From positions 85,684,001-85,748,000 of the forward strand of contig NC_043002.1 of NCBI RefSeq assembly GCF_006345805.1: 64,000 bases of DNA. The letters run 5' to 3'. Position numbers and translations under genes: made by a program. Origin of the DNA: Octopus sinensis (taxonomy: Eukaryota). The notes below the pieces were generated by a model. It ran no database searches. It worked only from the letters and a program-made list of their open reading frames with translations, and had not been told where the DNA came from. Below are positions 1 through 12,685 of this stretch, piece after piece (the first letter of the stretch is position 1; each line of letters begins with the position of its first letter).

Positions 1-269
1 ATACGCCAAGTTTATTAAGGCAGCATGACTTATGGAAAATATCAATTCTAATTTTTTTTTTTGTTAGAAATCCAACATCAATACAAGAAATAACCCATGA
101 AATTAAATTTTGCAGTGAAAGAGTTAAAGTTACACATCTCTTCACTTCAATGCATGAAATAGTTACTGTACAGTTCAAATAATCTGGCCTCCTTGAAACT
201 TAGATAATACCAAAATTATCAAATATACTGGTTTATTAGAACTTGGCTTGAAAAAAACCCCGCAAAATT

Positions 270-680
270 ATGTCTCTTTAATGAGGCCACCAAATTTATA
301 ATTATATTCTTCAGCAGCATCAATATCTTCCAGCTTCTTTTCACCAGACAAATTAAGTTTCTGAAAGCCTAAAGTTTCTAAACCACCCAGTTTTAAGCAC
401 TCAGATCTATGCAATATCTTTGTGTAATTGCTTGATATTTTCAATGATCATTGAACCATAAAATATCACACTCAGATCTTGCAATTGAGCACTTAAATGA
501 TATTGTCTAATTCTGAAAGGTTTTTTTATAAAATTTGTTGCACATTTACTTGCATCTAAGTCAGCCGTAAATTTCATTAACTTGTCCCTTTGTTTCTTAA
601 TGTCATAATTTGTTGAAGAACCTATGTTATATTCATGCACAAAGTGTTCTAGTTTTCATCTCTTTTCAAATGCTATATTA
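270..680 (-). pseudogene. pogo/Tigger (Jerky/CENP-B-like) transposase N-terminal relic
   Basis: Minus strand gives HEYNIGSSTNYDIKKQRDKL (HTH-psq/CENP-B N-terminal pattern), MIIENIKQLHKD, a TGWFRNF-like second HTH and NLSGEKKLEDIDAAEEY...LIKE. Frameshifted; no catalytic domain seen. Confidence 0.7.
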
Positions 681-980
681 ATTCAAGTTTACAATATGAA
701 AGATATTAGCATTCTTTACACACCTTTCCCAAACTGATTTGTCTTATTGACATTGCACAATATTTTCACCACTAATGGAGTGGATGATATATGAGGAGAT
801 AAATGCAGATACAAAACCTTTGGGAGCTAACCACAATTCTTTTAAATGAGAATGGAACTAATGGACATCAGAAGCCAGCAATGGCATGTGGGAAAAATCA
901 AAAGATTGAATGAAGCACAACAAAAAGTGCTGGACAATTGATTTTGTCAAACTGTTAGATAATGGATTAATGGGATTTAC

Positions 981-1445
981 TCATCATCATCGTTTAACGT
1001 CCACTTTCCATGTTAGCATGGGTTGGACATGTGACTGAGGGCTGGCAAACCAGAAGGCTGCACCAGGCTTCAGTCTTGATCTGGCAGAGTTTCTACAGCT
1101 GTATGCCCTTCCTAATGCCAACCACTCTGAGAGTGTAGTGGGTGCTTTTACGTGCCACCGTCACTGGGCCAATCAGGTGGCACTGGCAACGACCTTGCTC
1201 AAATCTTTTACACATGCCACCAGCACAGGTGCCAGTAAGGCAAAGCTGGTAATGATCCCGCTTGAATAGTGACTTTTACGTGCCACTGGCACGGAGGCCA
1301 GAAAGCTGTTCTGGCAACAATCACGCTTGGATGGTGCTCTTAATACCCTACTAGCACGGGGCTCAAGTGCCAGTAGTGCGACACTGGTAACGATCACGCT
1401 CAAATGGTGCCTTTTAAGTGCCACTGGCACGGAAGCCGTGGCACC
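981..1445 (-). mobile_element. 5'-truncated 3' UTR copy of the PHD-type RTE LINE
   Basis: Starts with (TCA)n tail + cgtttaacgtcc...tagcatgggttggac, same sequence as 54374-54987; contains internal ~60-nt gtgccac subrepeats. Confidence 0.8.
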
Positions 1446-1649
1446 AAAATGGATCCTCTCACTAAGACTCAAAATATTCATGGACTTTAAAAGTAGTACA
1501 GCACCAGTGTTAGGATAGTAAACTCTTATTTTTAACCTGTTTTGCCAATATTAAATTAAGCCACTGCAACTCTTTATTAAATACAGTTTTTTGTTTTTAT
1601 TTTTTTTGTGTGTGTGTTTATGTGTGCATAACACATTTACAACTACATA

Positions 1650-1990
1650 CTTTGGTTGTCATCATCTTTATTATTTTACATCCACTTGTCTTGCTGGTAA
1701 AGGAATTACTAAGTCTACTCCATGACAAAATCTGACCACTTGTGATTTCTTGTCAACTGTTTTTTTATGAATTCTGGCATGCTAAGATCAACTTTCACTG
1801 GTTTTTCACATGTCTTAATCCACAAACTCTTTCAAATGGGATCATATGACACTTCAATACCCATCTGTCATTCTTTAAGCACATCAAAAGTTGTACCAAA
1901 GCTATCTATTCTCCTGCATACAATGGCTAATTCCTCTAATGCACATATTTCCTCTCAGCTCAGATAACCTGTGTTACATCATTCGTGCAT
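1650..1990 (-). mobile_element. old RTE C-terminus/3' end relic
   Basis: Decayed minus-strand RGI..CMQENR*LWY...RM pattern followed by a gatgat-type tail; many stops. Confidence 0.35.
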
Positions 1991-2113
1991 ACTGACTTTA
2001 CACATCCAGTGGAACTTGCTTCCTTCATTTCTTTCATGCCTTCCACATCCTCCACGTTCAGTGCCCATGTCTTACTACAATATAATATTGCATTTAGCCT
2101 GCAAATATCGTAT

Positions 2114-2338
2114 ATATTTCTTTACTACCCACAAGGGGCTAAACACAGAGGGGACAAACAAGGACAGACAAAGGGATTAAGTCGATTACATCAACCCGAG
2201 TGTGTAACTGGTACTTAATTTATTGACCCTGAAAGGATGAAAGGCAAAGTCGACCTCGGCGGAATTTGAACTCGGAACGTAACGATAGAAGAAATACGGC
2301 TACGCATTTCGCCGGCGTGCTAACGTTTCTGCCAGCTT
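2114..2338 (-). mobile_element. tRNA-derived SINE family A with TSD
   Basis: B-box-like GAGTTCAAATTCC on minus strand; flanked by 17-bp direct repeat gcctgcaaatatc(g/a)tat at 2097-2113 and 2339-2355. Confidence 0.85.
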
Positions 2339-2479
2339 GCCTGCAAATATCATATAATCTTCCCTTCACTCAGAGAAAATAAACCTTTTACATATATATG
2401 CGTGTGTATATATATGTATAGATGTCTGTTAATACGATAAGTGATGAAAGAAATAGAAGATGGATTTAGTATGAATCTT

Positions 2480-2745
2480 TATTCAGCAAACCATTTTGAT
2501 CTCAAACCATTTTGAGTCATCCTGCAGCTGTTCCTTAGGGGTAGGTTACTGTGCATTACCCACATACAATGAGCAAAAACAACATACTAACGCGAACTCA
2601 GTATATCTAGTAGGATATCTTTTTTTTTACACCAAACACCTGAAATGACACAATCTGCACTTACTGATGCAACACAACTAGATGCACAATATCCTACCCC
2701 TAAGGGACAGCTGCAGGATAGATTGAAACAATCATCGTGCTGAGT
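2480..2745. mobile_element. small MITE-like inverted-repeat element
   Basis: 27-bp inverted repeat 2519-2545 / 2693-2719 (1 mismatch); weaker symmetry extends outward to tattcagca / tgctgagta. Confidence 0.5.
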
Positions 2746-2754
2746 AAAGATTTG

Positions 2755-3177
2755 GGATCTTTTCGGTTTGAACGGCAGTTTTTTAAAATAATTTCCACAT
2801 AACTAAACACTTTTAAACTTCGTATACTGGTATAAAACATCTTTTTCTCTTGGCTTTATTGAGAAAATTCTATAGTTTGTAAGATATTTGTTGTTGTTTT
2901 TCTTCAATTTCTGCAATTTCAACCAATCAATGACTGTCTATTGAGGTAAAAAAACATTCTGTGCCGTATGAATATGTCCCTCATTTAAGAAACAGTTAGG
3001 GTTTATTTACATTTCTGAAGAAAAAAAGATACCCTTCCCCCTAACCCTAATCAACCCTAACTAACCCTAAACCTAAAACAGATTGAAATGCAATAGATCG
3101 ATACTAGAGTCATAATTATGGGTGACAATTTCATATGACACTGCTAGAAAAAACTGCCGTTCAAACTGAAAAGATCC
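2755..3177. mobile_element. MITE with GGATC TIRs and 8-bp TSD (Merlin-like), copy 1
   Basis: TIR ggatcttttcggtttgaacggcagttt / aaactgccgttcaaactgaaaagatcc; perfect TSD aagatttg (2747-2754, 3178-3185); internal ccctaa repeats near 3040-3080. Confidence 0.8.
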
Positions 3178-3639
3178 AAGATTTGTACTAAATCCATCTT
3201 CCATCTCCTTCATTAATTATAAACTCACAAACACTGTGGATTTTTTTATGTAGAACCAGTGAAAATTATATTGTAAATGTTGGTGACATCAGGTAGTCCA
3301 AATGGTAAATGTGCTTTAATTGACATACTAATAGATTTATACCCTAAGTCCAAATAGTTACTTATGTCTGTAAATATATGTGCGTATATTATATATATGT
3401 AAGAGATGTGATATTTTAATTTGATATTCAGTGACACAAGACCAAAGAACATTATGTAATGCATTAGGGGTATTGCTTATATTATATAAGAATGGAATAT
3501 TAAAGAAAAGCAAAAATAAAATTAAAAAATGAGCCTCTGGAAATGTCTTGGGAAACTTGTATAACTGAAATTAAATCCTATCATTACTATAATATATATG
3601 TGTATATATATGTGTGTTTGTGTGTGTGTATATATATAC

Positions 3640-3880
3640 ATATTTATATCTATGGATATACATATATGAATGTAAGTATGTGTGTTGCCATGATTGACCG
3701 CTAGATCCAAAAGCTTTTTTTATTCTCTCTCTGTTCATTTACTCATGTTCCTTTCTGTTGAAGAGCATAGGCTCGAAATGTAAAAGACTTTCTCACCTTC
3801 CCAAGCATTAAAGTAATACACCTGTTTGTTGTTTATACACCTGCCTTTGTCTTTTGTTTTTCTGTAAATTTCAATCTATA
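3640..3880 (+). mobile_element. Penelope-like pseudo-LTR fragment, copy 1
   Basis: Carries the ...gctcgaaa(t/c)gt hammerhead-type motif; 3640-3793 is repeated at 4873-5024. Confidence 0.5.
3750..3786 (+). ncRNA. variant minimal type I hammerhead-like motif (CUGUUGA core)
   Basis: CUUU-[CUGUUGA]-A-GAGC/AUAG/GCUC-[GAAA]-UG-U-A-AAAG; stems I and II pair, A6->U deviates from the canonical core. Confidence 0.45.
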
Positions 3881-3882
3881 TG

Positions 3883-3944
<62 letters not shown>

Positions 3945-4107
3945 CTTGAAGAATGTTAGTTGAACAAATTGACTCCATTACTTTTTGTTCTGTTTTAAGC
4001 TTAGTACTTATTCTATCTATTTGCCAAACCATAACAGGTCATGAACACAGTAATACCAGTTGTCAAGCAGTGACAGAAGACTAAGACACACATAAACACA
4101 CACAAAT

Positions 4108-4524
4108 TCATCATCATCATCATCATCGATTAGCGTCCGCTTTCCATGCTAGCATGGGTTGGACGATTCAACTGGGGTCTGGGAAGCCAGAAGGCTGCAC
4201 CAGGCCCAGTCTGAACTGGCAATGTTTCTACGGCTGGATGCCCTTCCTAACGCCAACCACTCCATGAGTGTAGTGGGTGCTTTTTACGTGCCACCGGTAC
4301 AGGTGCCAGACAAGGCTGGCAAACGGCCACGATCAGATGGTGCTTTTTACGTGCCACCGGCATGGAGGCCAGTCGGCTGGCAATGGCCACGATCAGATGG
4401 TGCTTTTTACGTTCCACTGGCAACAGCCACATTCAGATGGTTCTCTTATGTGCCACCGGCACTGGTATCACAGCTACAATTTCCATTGATGTTGATCAAT
4501 TTCTATTTCGATTTTGATTTTGAC
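4108..4524 (-). mobile_element. RTE 3' UTR copy
   Basis: (TCA)n tail, shared 3' end, about three gtgccac subunits, ends in the gattttgatt tract also seen near 54865. Confidence 0.85.
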
Positions 4525-4872
4525 ACAAATTAAGTCACAATATATGGATTCAAGTAATCCATTAGTACTCATAACAAAAGCTCCTTAATCTATCATTCTA
4601 CAAAGCATATAGAATATGTAGTATGATATAAGAGAATTTTCTTATTGTTAAATAAAATTTCATCAAGCTATTTCTCTGTCATTTGTGACCTTATAAAAAT
4701 ATGTGTGTGACAGGCTTCTTTAAGTGTCCTTTTACCAAATCCACTCACAAAGCTTCAATCGACCCAAAGGTAGAAGACATGGCTACAATGTAATCAAGTA
4801 GCACATATGCGACATACAGGCAATTTTGTCTTGATTCCTCTTTTTTTTTTCCTTGTTTTGCTTTCTTCTTAT

Positions 4873-5024
4873 ATATTTATATCTATGGATATACATATTT
4901 GAATGTAAGTATGTGTCACCATGATTGACTGCTAGATCCAAAAGCTTTTTTTATTTTCTCTCTGTTCATTTACTCATGTTCCTTTCTGTTGAAGAGCATA
5001 GGCTCGAAATGTAAAAGACTTTCT
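4873..5024 (+). repeat. direct repeat of 3640-3793 including the hammerhead-like motif (4981-5017)
   Basis: ~150 bp with only a few differences; both copies have gagcAtagg and gaaaTgt. Confidence 0.9.
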
Positions 5025-5680
5025 TCTTCATCTAAGAGCAAAAAAAAAAGGACAATGTCCAAAATCTCATAGTTAATTCTTTCCACATTTTTCAGTGTCA
5101 AATAAATAATTTATATTGGTGAAAGATATAAACATATTTCTGTCTGTCAAATTCCGCTCAAAAATATATTGGTCAAAGAAGACATGGTAAAAGATCATTA
5201 TCTAAGGTTTTGCATAGTGGGATCAATTTTCAGATTACATACCTGCAATCAGGGCCAGATTAAGACCCATAGAGGCCCTAAACTCTTCAAAGATTTTGGT
5301 GCCCTCATATATATGCAGTTTAAAATATAAACAATAATAAACCATAAAATAAATTTTAATTTTTCAAAATGAAACAAAACTAGTAGCAAGATTGAAAATA
5401 ATGTTTACTTTTAAGCTCATAGCAACAGTTTAACAATTGTTTGTATGTAGTATGTCCTAGATGTAAAATACTATCTAAAATCAACAAAGCCCTTCATAAT
5501 TGGATGACTCCTTTATGCAAAGGATAAGGGAAAGGTTAGGCTCATGCCCCCATTGCTTAAAAATAGTTTTTCTTTATAACCTTGTCAGTTTGTAAGGGAC
5601 AGGTCAGAATAGACCCAAAGACTCCAATAAGAAATGGAATACGCATGTATACATACATACATACATATGTATGCAAACAT

Positions 5681-5956
5681 CGTTGCCAGCACCGCCCCAA
5701 CTGGCCTCTGTGCTGGTGGCACATAAAAAGCCATCCGATCATGGTCATTGCCAGCCTCATCTGGCCTCCGTGCCGGTGGCACGTAAAAAGTACCCACTAC
5801 ACTCACGGAGTGGTTGGCATTAGGAAGGGCATCCAGCTGTAGAAACACTGCCAGATCAGACTGGGCCTGGTGCAGCCTTCTGGCTTCCCAGACCCCAGCT
5901 GAACTGTCCAAACCATGCTAGCATGGAAAGTGTTCGTTAAACGATGATGATGATGA
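5681..5956 (+). mobile_element. RTE 3' UTR copy (sense orientation)
   Basis: Ends ...ccatgctagcatggaaagtgttcgttaaac(gat)n; inverted relative to 4108-4524. Confidence 0.85.
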
Positions 5957-7092
5957 TATATACAAACACAGATGCATACACTCATACATATACAAATATA
6001 CTATATGTTATATACATACAAACACACACCACTGCATACACACATTTACAAATATACATATAAACATACATAGATGCATGCCCACTTACATATAGTAACA
6101 TGCATTGATGCATGCACAGATATATGTAGAAATATGCATTGACTCCCAACCATCTTGAGGAAAAAGAGTGTGAATGATATGACTTTCAACATGCAGAGCT
6201 TGGGTAGAGCATAGGACAATCATATAATGAATGCCTTCAGTCATAGGTAAGCTGAATAAGGATAACCTAGAGCTAATTATTGAGTAAACCAGCCAAGAAG
6301 TGAAAACAAAATACATACTAAATGCACTAAATGATCTCTGTATAAAAGCCAGTGTCACTGCCAAGCTGCTGTGAAGGCACTACCTTCAAGGTAGCATGTT
6401 AGCACTAGTATTACTTACAGATATATCCATATTTGCTTTATGCAAGTATGCTTGAGAAGCATTTTTCCCATTATTTTGCATACATCACACATGCACAGAC
6501 ACATGTATTCTCATATACACACTTACATGCATGCAAACAAATGTAATGTATATGTATATTTATGAAATTAATTAAGGGAAATATCTTAGAATAACCAGTG
6601 TCATGTATTTGTTCACCAAAGAGTAATATGGGTGCATTAAATACTATACTATATCACGTTTTGATTTCTTGAAAATATATCTGCTTCCAGAGGTGGTAAA
6701 ACAATTTCCTGGTGGTAATTGGGGACCAGCTTCAAATGAGAAGGGGAGATAATCTCAAGAAATTCTCAAACAATGACATGCCATTAACAAAAAGAAACTT
6801 TGTCTGGAGAAAAGTGGATAGCAGGGGTGGGGGTCATGTGTTTCTGCCTCAGTAGATGTCATCAGCACAGCAGTTGTCCTACCTTGTTACTGGCAGATCA
6901 AAATACTTAGACATAAAACAAAATATCTAAGGCTTAGCTATAGCTGAGTGAATTTGGTAGATGTAAACTGAAAGACGCTTCTTTGTGCATTGTGTGTGTG
7001 TTTATATAAATATACATATACATACAACATATACATATGCTTATATATATTATGTTTATGTGATTATATAGAAATATACATATGTATATCCA

Positions 7093-7486
7093 AAGATTGC
7101 CCTGTTTGGTGAACTCTCCACCGGCCACCAAGTGAGAGGAGCTCTGAGAAAGCGCTACAAAGACTACCTTAAGAAGTCTTTAACAGCATGTCATATTAAC
7201 CACCAATGCTGGTTAGACCTGGCTGCGGACCGTGATGTCTGGCACCACACGATCTTCAACGCAGTCAGCAAGTTTGAGGAACAAAGAAGAGATGCACTTA
7301 AAGACAAGAGACGCAGGAGGAAGGCGTGAGCCGCCTCTGACACCACATTGGATGTTACCTTCGTCTGTGGACACTGCTCACAGACCTGCCTTTCCCATAT
7401 CGGACTTGTCAGTCATGAGCATGCATGCACACAACGTGGACGGCCTTCCTGATCTTCGTTTGTGAAGCCGAGCCATGATGATGATG
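7093..7486 (+). pseudogene. RTE/BovB-type LINE 3' end with C-terminal zinc finger
   Basis: RKRYKDYLKKSL...WLDLAADRDVW...RRRRKA* then FVCGHCSQTCLSHIGLVSHEHAC (C-x2-C...H-x3-C); (GAT)n tail. Confidence 0.8.
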
Positions 7487-7904
7487 TATGTACATACATA
7501 CATACATACATGCACGTATACTTACATATAAAGAGAAAGAAGATAAATATGGTCAACTGCTTTGAAACTTCAAGCTTCTGTTTCCTGATTATAAATTTAC
7601 ATTCATACCAATGATAATTGGTGCACTTGCTTTTGTAAGTAAATACCTGTCAGTCTGGATAAGCTTGGATTTTCATAAAAAGAAACCAACAGACTCACAC
7701 ATTACAAATACAATCTGTAAGTGGAACAGTGAAACTATGTAAGATTTTTCTCAGGTTTAAAATGTGACATTGTTTTTGTTATTTACAATCCAATGATGGA
7801 GCCTTGTATCTTTGTTAGAAATCAGCTTCTTCTTCAAAGGAAGAATTTAAATAATTAAAAACTGAAAAGAACAAGCAAACAAACACACACATATATACAC
7901 ATCT

Positions 7905-7976
<72 letters not shown>

Positions 7977-8639
7977 TTATGTGCATACATATAAATGTAT
8001 AAGTAAGTGTACAGAAACATGTGTATGCAATGTGTGTGCATGCACACACAACACATCTATGTGCATATGTGTATGTAAGTATGTCTGGTAAATTACCTTT
8101 TTCTGCAATAAGCTAAAACTACTGCTTATCCTTTCAATGCTTGTTTTCCAATCAATATTTGTTGAACCAAGTGTGGCAGCATGTTGCCAGGCAACAAGTA
8201 TTATATTATTTCCAAAATTTTACATTTTATTTCCTAACACTCATTGTTCGCTATCAATTGGACCTTGTTCATCTTTTATCATCCATTCACACTGATTTTC
8301 TTTCATCTCACCTGCTGTCTTTGATTTTCTTTTTATATTTTATTACTTTTTTTATTCATATTATTTATACATAACTTATTATTTATTTATTTATTTTTTT
8401 TTATTAATATTTTCTGAATCTTTTGCATCCAAAAGCTTTCATTCCTGTTGCTACACTCTGTTTTGTTTGTAGCATTCATGCACATGTAACGGTGCCAGTG
8501 AGGGAGCTTCTACATGGTCTGTTGACATTCTAGAAATGACAGCCAACATTTCTCTCAAATCACACCTTATCTACTGCTGTGAATAGGAAAAACCTAATTA
8601 GATGATGTGGTCTTATATCCCCTGAGCAAAACAAAAACA

Positions 8640-9700
8640 GGGTGGTTACAGCTAGGGTGTCCTTGATCCATAGATTGGATGTCTTTGAATCATGGCTAGT
8701 GTATCCTTCAACTACGGCAGGGGTGTCTTTGAACCATGAGTTTGTTCCAAGGCTAAAGTGTCTTTCATGCTTTCATGCTAAGTTGAAGTATTTTCAAAAT
8801 ATGGTTAGAAACATTTTGATCCAGTGTTAAATTGTTTTTGATCCATTGTTAGAATGTTTTTGATCCATGACTTGAGTATCTTTTATCTATGACTTAACTT
8901 TGGTCCACAGCTGAATTGTCTTTTGTCAATGGCTAGAGTATCAAGCCATATCATTCAATCCAGAGTTTGAATGTCCCTGATTATTGCCATTGATCCATGG
9001 CCAGAGTTTCTTTGATCCATAGCTTAAGTGACTTTGATCCATAGTTGGATTGTCTTCTGTCCATTCTAGAGTGTCATTGATCTATAGCGAAAGTGTCTTT
9101 TAATCCTTGGTGAGAATGATCTATGAATGGAATGTCACTGATCCATAACTCAAGTGATTTTGATCCATAGCTGGAGTGACTTTGTTTCATGTTTAGAGTA
9201 TCATTGACCTGTAGCAAGAGTATTTTTTCATCCATGGCTAGAACATCATTAACTCATGGATTGAGTAAATTTGATATATAGCAATAATGTCAGTCAGAAT
9301 GTAGATATTATGAAGATATTTAGAAAAGGAGTTGCAATATTTCTGCCATTCTTATAGAGATTCAAGCAGTGAACACTCCAACTATCGATCAATGATGTGC
9401 CATCCATGGGTTAAACACTGACCAGCAATGGCTCACAAATACTTTAATCGTTGATCAAAGACATTCAGTCAATGGAGTGGAGATAATTTATCCAAAGATC
9501 AGAGTTATCTTAACCATTGATTGAAGACACTCTAGCCATGGATCAATGGCATTCCAAAGTATCTCTGATGCATGACTGAAGTGTCTTTCATTCATTGACT
9601 GAGTGTCTTTGATTCCTGGTTGGGATGTCTATGATCCATGAATGATTTATCCTAGATCAACAGGATAAATGGGGAGGAGCAACCTTGATCCATAACTGGA
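8640..9700 (+). repeat. degenerate ~22-bp minisatellite (consensus ~ttgatccatggctagagtgtct)
   Basis: Recurrent tgatccat...agagtgtc at ~22-bp spacing, with an internal reversed block at 9374-9550. Confidence 0.7.
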
Positions 9701-10881
9701 GAGTCAAAATTGAACTGCTGCTGCTGATATAGCAGTATCTCCATGAACTGAGAGATCAAAATGAAGGTTATGTTTCTGTTGAATGGGCTTCAGTTCACTT
9801 TTACTTCCTGTATGTCATTGGGAATAACACAACAGCTGCCACTACACTTCTAAATATGGAACTATCTTCTAGTTATCTTCATATCATCTTTCTAATTTAA
9901 ATTAATAATTATTCTAAAATATACTGTAATTTCCCATCCTTTTCTTCTTTTGTCTTCTTATTATTATTGCATTGTTAAGGCAGTGAGCTAGCAGAAATAT
10001 TAGCATGCCAGGTAAAATGCTTAGCAGTATTTCATCTGTCTTTACGTTCTGCATTCAAATTCTGCCAAGGTCGACTTTGCCTTTCATCCTTTCAGGGTTG
10101 ATAAATTAAGTACCAGCTGCATACTGGGGTCAATCTAATTGACTAACCCTCTCCCCCAAAATTTCAGGCCTTGTGCCTAGAGTAGAAAAGATTATTATGA
10201 AAGTTTTGTTGCTTTTGTTGTGATTACTATAAGTGTTTACTGTGAATGATCATGTTTCACAGAACTTCACTTAAAGGCAATTTCTTTCCACCAAGTTATC
10301 TTTAGATAACTTTGTGGAAAAGTATTTTCTGTTCTTTTTTACAATATTTAAATGCTCACCCAGTTACCTGAGCTAGAAAAGAAGAATCATAATAAGACAT
10401 TTTTTCTGCAAATATCCATTTTGCTTTGTTTTTTTTTTGTCTTTTTTTGTTCAATATAGTCATCACTGTAGAAGTGGGAGGAGATATTATAATGGTAACC
10501 GTGATTATGGCACTTCCACCCAAATTGTTTTTTACTTGCTTCAGTCATTGGACAGTGGTCATGTTGAGGCCACTGTCTACCCAGTATTTACTTTTCCAGT
10601 TTGGTACTTATTGTATCTCTTTCTCTCTATTCTGCCAAACTGCTAATTTATGGGGATGTAAACAAACAAACACTAGTTGTCAAATAGTAGGAATGGTACA
10701 CAAAGCCATTGATCCATGGCTAGAGTGTCTTTAATCAATGGTTAAGATATTTCTGATCTTTGGATAAATTATCTCCACTCCATTGACTGAATGTCTTTGA
10801 TCAACGATTAAAGTATTTGTGAGCCATTGCTGGTCAGTGTTTAACCCATGGATGACACATCATTGATCAATAGTTGGAGTG
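9374..10881. repeat. 177-bp inverted repeat pair (9374-9550 / 10705-10881)
   Basis: Manual alignment shows 5 mismatches in 177 bp; spacer ~1.15 kb. Confidence 0.95.
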
Positions 10882-10882
10882 C

Positions 10883-11270
10883 CCATCATCATCATTGTTC
10901 GACCGTGGTTGAGACAATGGAATTTACTATGTTACGCCAGACTTCACGGTCCATCATAATATTACGGAGGTCCTGTTGCTGGTTGCCTGTATCCATGGAG
11001 ATTACATCAGGGTAGGAGAGTGTGCGTCCTCTGGTATCGCGAGCAGATGGCTTCCAGAGGAGAAGAGTAGAAATTACCTCGTTTTCAGCTCTACAACAAT
11101 GTCCAGCAAACTGGACTCTTCTACCCTTCACAAGAGATGATACAGGTGGTAGTTTCCCATATATTTGGACTTTGGTTGGATGACGCTTCCACGAGAGATT
11201 TTGACCTCTCATAAGGAGGCGAGTGTAAGTTCCATCCAACCACCTCGCAAGCTTCTTTGACAACATCCAC
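10883..11270 (-). pseudogene. RTE-clade LINE C-terminus with (GAT)n tail
   Basis: LDGTYTRLLM..QNLSWKRHPT...RRVQFAGHC...DREVWRNIVNSIVSTTVEQ* then tgatgatgatg. Confidence 0.8.
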
Positions 11271-12685
11271 TCATACATATGTTTATACTTACACATAATA
11301 TATGTATGTATGTGTGTATGTATGATAGACTTCCACACAGTTTCAGTTTACCAAATTTATTCATAACATTTGTTTGACCTGGAGCTATAAGTAAAATACA
11401 CTTGTCCAAGATTTTGCGCCTTGGGACTAAACCCAAAACCACATGGTTACAAAGGGAACTCCATAGCCATTCAGCCATGACAAGTAATAGATATAAAAAC
11501 AAAGTTTAAATTTTAGAAGCTCAAAGGAAGAAAAAAATTGGTGAAAATTCAAACTTAAATGATAATTAATAACAAAGATGTCAACAACAATAACAGCTAC
11601 TCAACTTTAGCTAGCAGTATGAGCCAAGAGCAGATGTTAGACATGAGTCAAAACCAGGCAAAAAGAGAAGTATTTAAGTGATATGTCACAAGCAAAGTGT
11701 GTCCTGGCTTGAAGAATTTATAGAAGAAAGGTCTAGGAGGGAAGGAAAATATCTTTGATTTAGAAAAAATGGAAAGTAAGTGTTGAAGAGCATCTTGGTC
11801 AATGTGAGGCATATGTCTCTTATTTAAGACTGAAATTTAGGTGAGAAAAAAAGAAATTTATGGAAATTATTATAAATAATGTGTAAGGAATTGATATTAT
11901 TTGTAATCCTAGCAAGGTAGTGAGATTGACATAATCCTTAGCATGCTGAGCAAAATGCTCAGCAGCATTTTGTCCATCTTTATGCTCTGGGTTCAAATAC
12001 TGCTACAGTCAATTATGCCTTTCGTATTTTCAGGGTTAATGAAATAAGACCCAGTTGAATAGTGGGGTTGATGTTAATCGATTTTCACCTCCCCTTGAAA
12101 TTTCTGGCACAGTGCCAAAATTTGAAAGAATTATTAAAGAGGAGGAAGAGGGTAACATGGACGGTTTGTGGAATTTCTTCTGAACGCTTTACTTTGTGAG
12201 TTCAAATACTGCTAAGGTTGTTTTTGCCTTTCACCCTTTTGGGGGTCAAAATAAATACCAGTTGAGTACTGGGGTCAATGTAACCAACTACTCCAAATTT
12301 CTCCCCAAATTTCTGGCCTTGCACCAAAAGTAGAAAGGATTATAAGTAGTCCTGGTACATTGGCAAGAGTCATTAGAGAGTTGAACAGAAGGTTTCATGG
12401 TATTTGTTTGGACTCCCTGCTTCCTAAGTTCAAATCAGACCAAGGTCAACTTTGTTTTTCGTCCTTGCATGGTTATTAAAAAAATTTATGAGTCCAAAGT
12501 GGTGAATAAGTGGAAGTTGTTCCTGTTCTGTTCATTCTAGTTCAAATTCCACTCCATCTCTGAAAAATGATGACCCTACACTCAGGAGTTGCAACCAGCA
12601 TTATGTAACAATAATTTTGATAAAACACCAATGGAAACATGGTTTACTTGGTTCAGCTGGGAGATGGATTACTACCACATTGTGG

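Noticed and set aside
10365-10470. Minus-strand exon ending ...SSFLAQ|gtaac
   Set aside because: Frames from the candidate acceptors hit stops or require passing a long A-run; unsupported.
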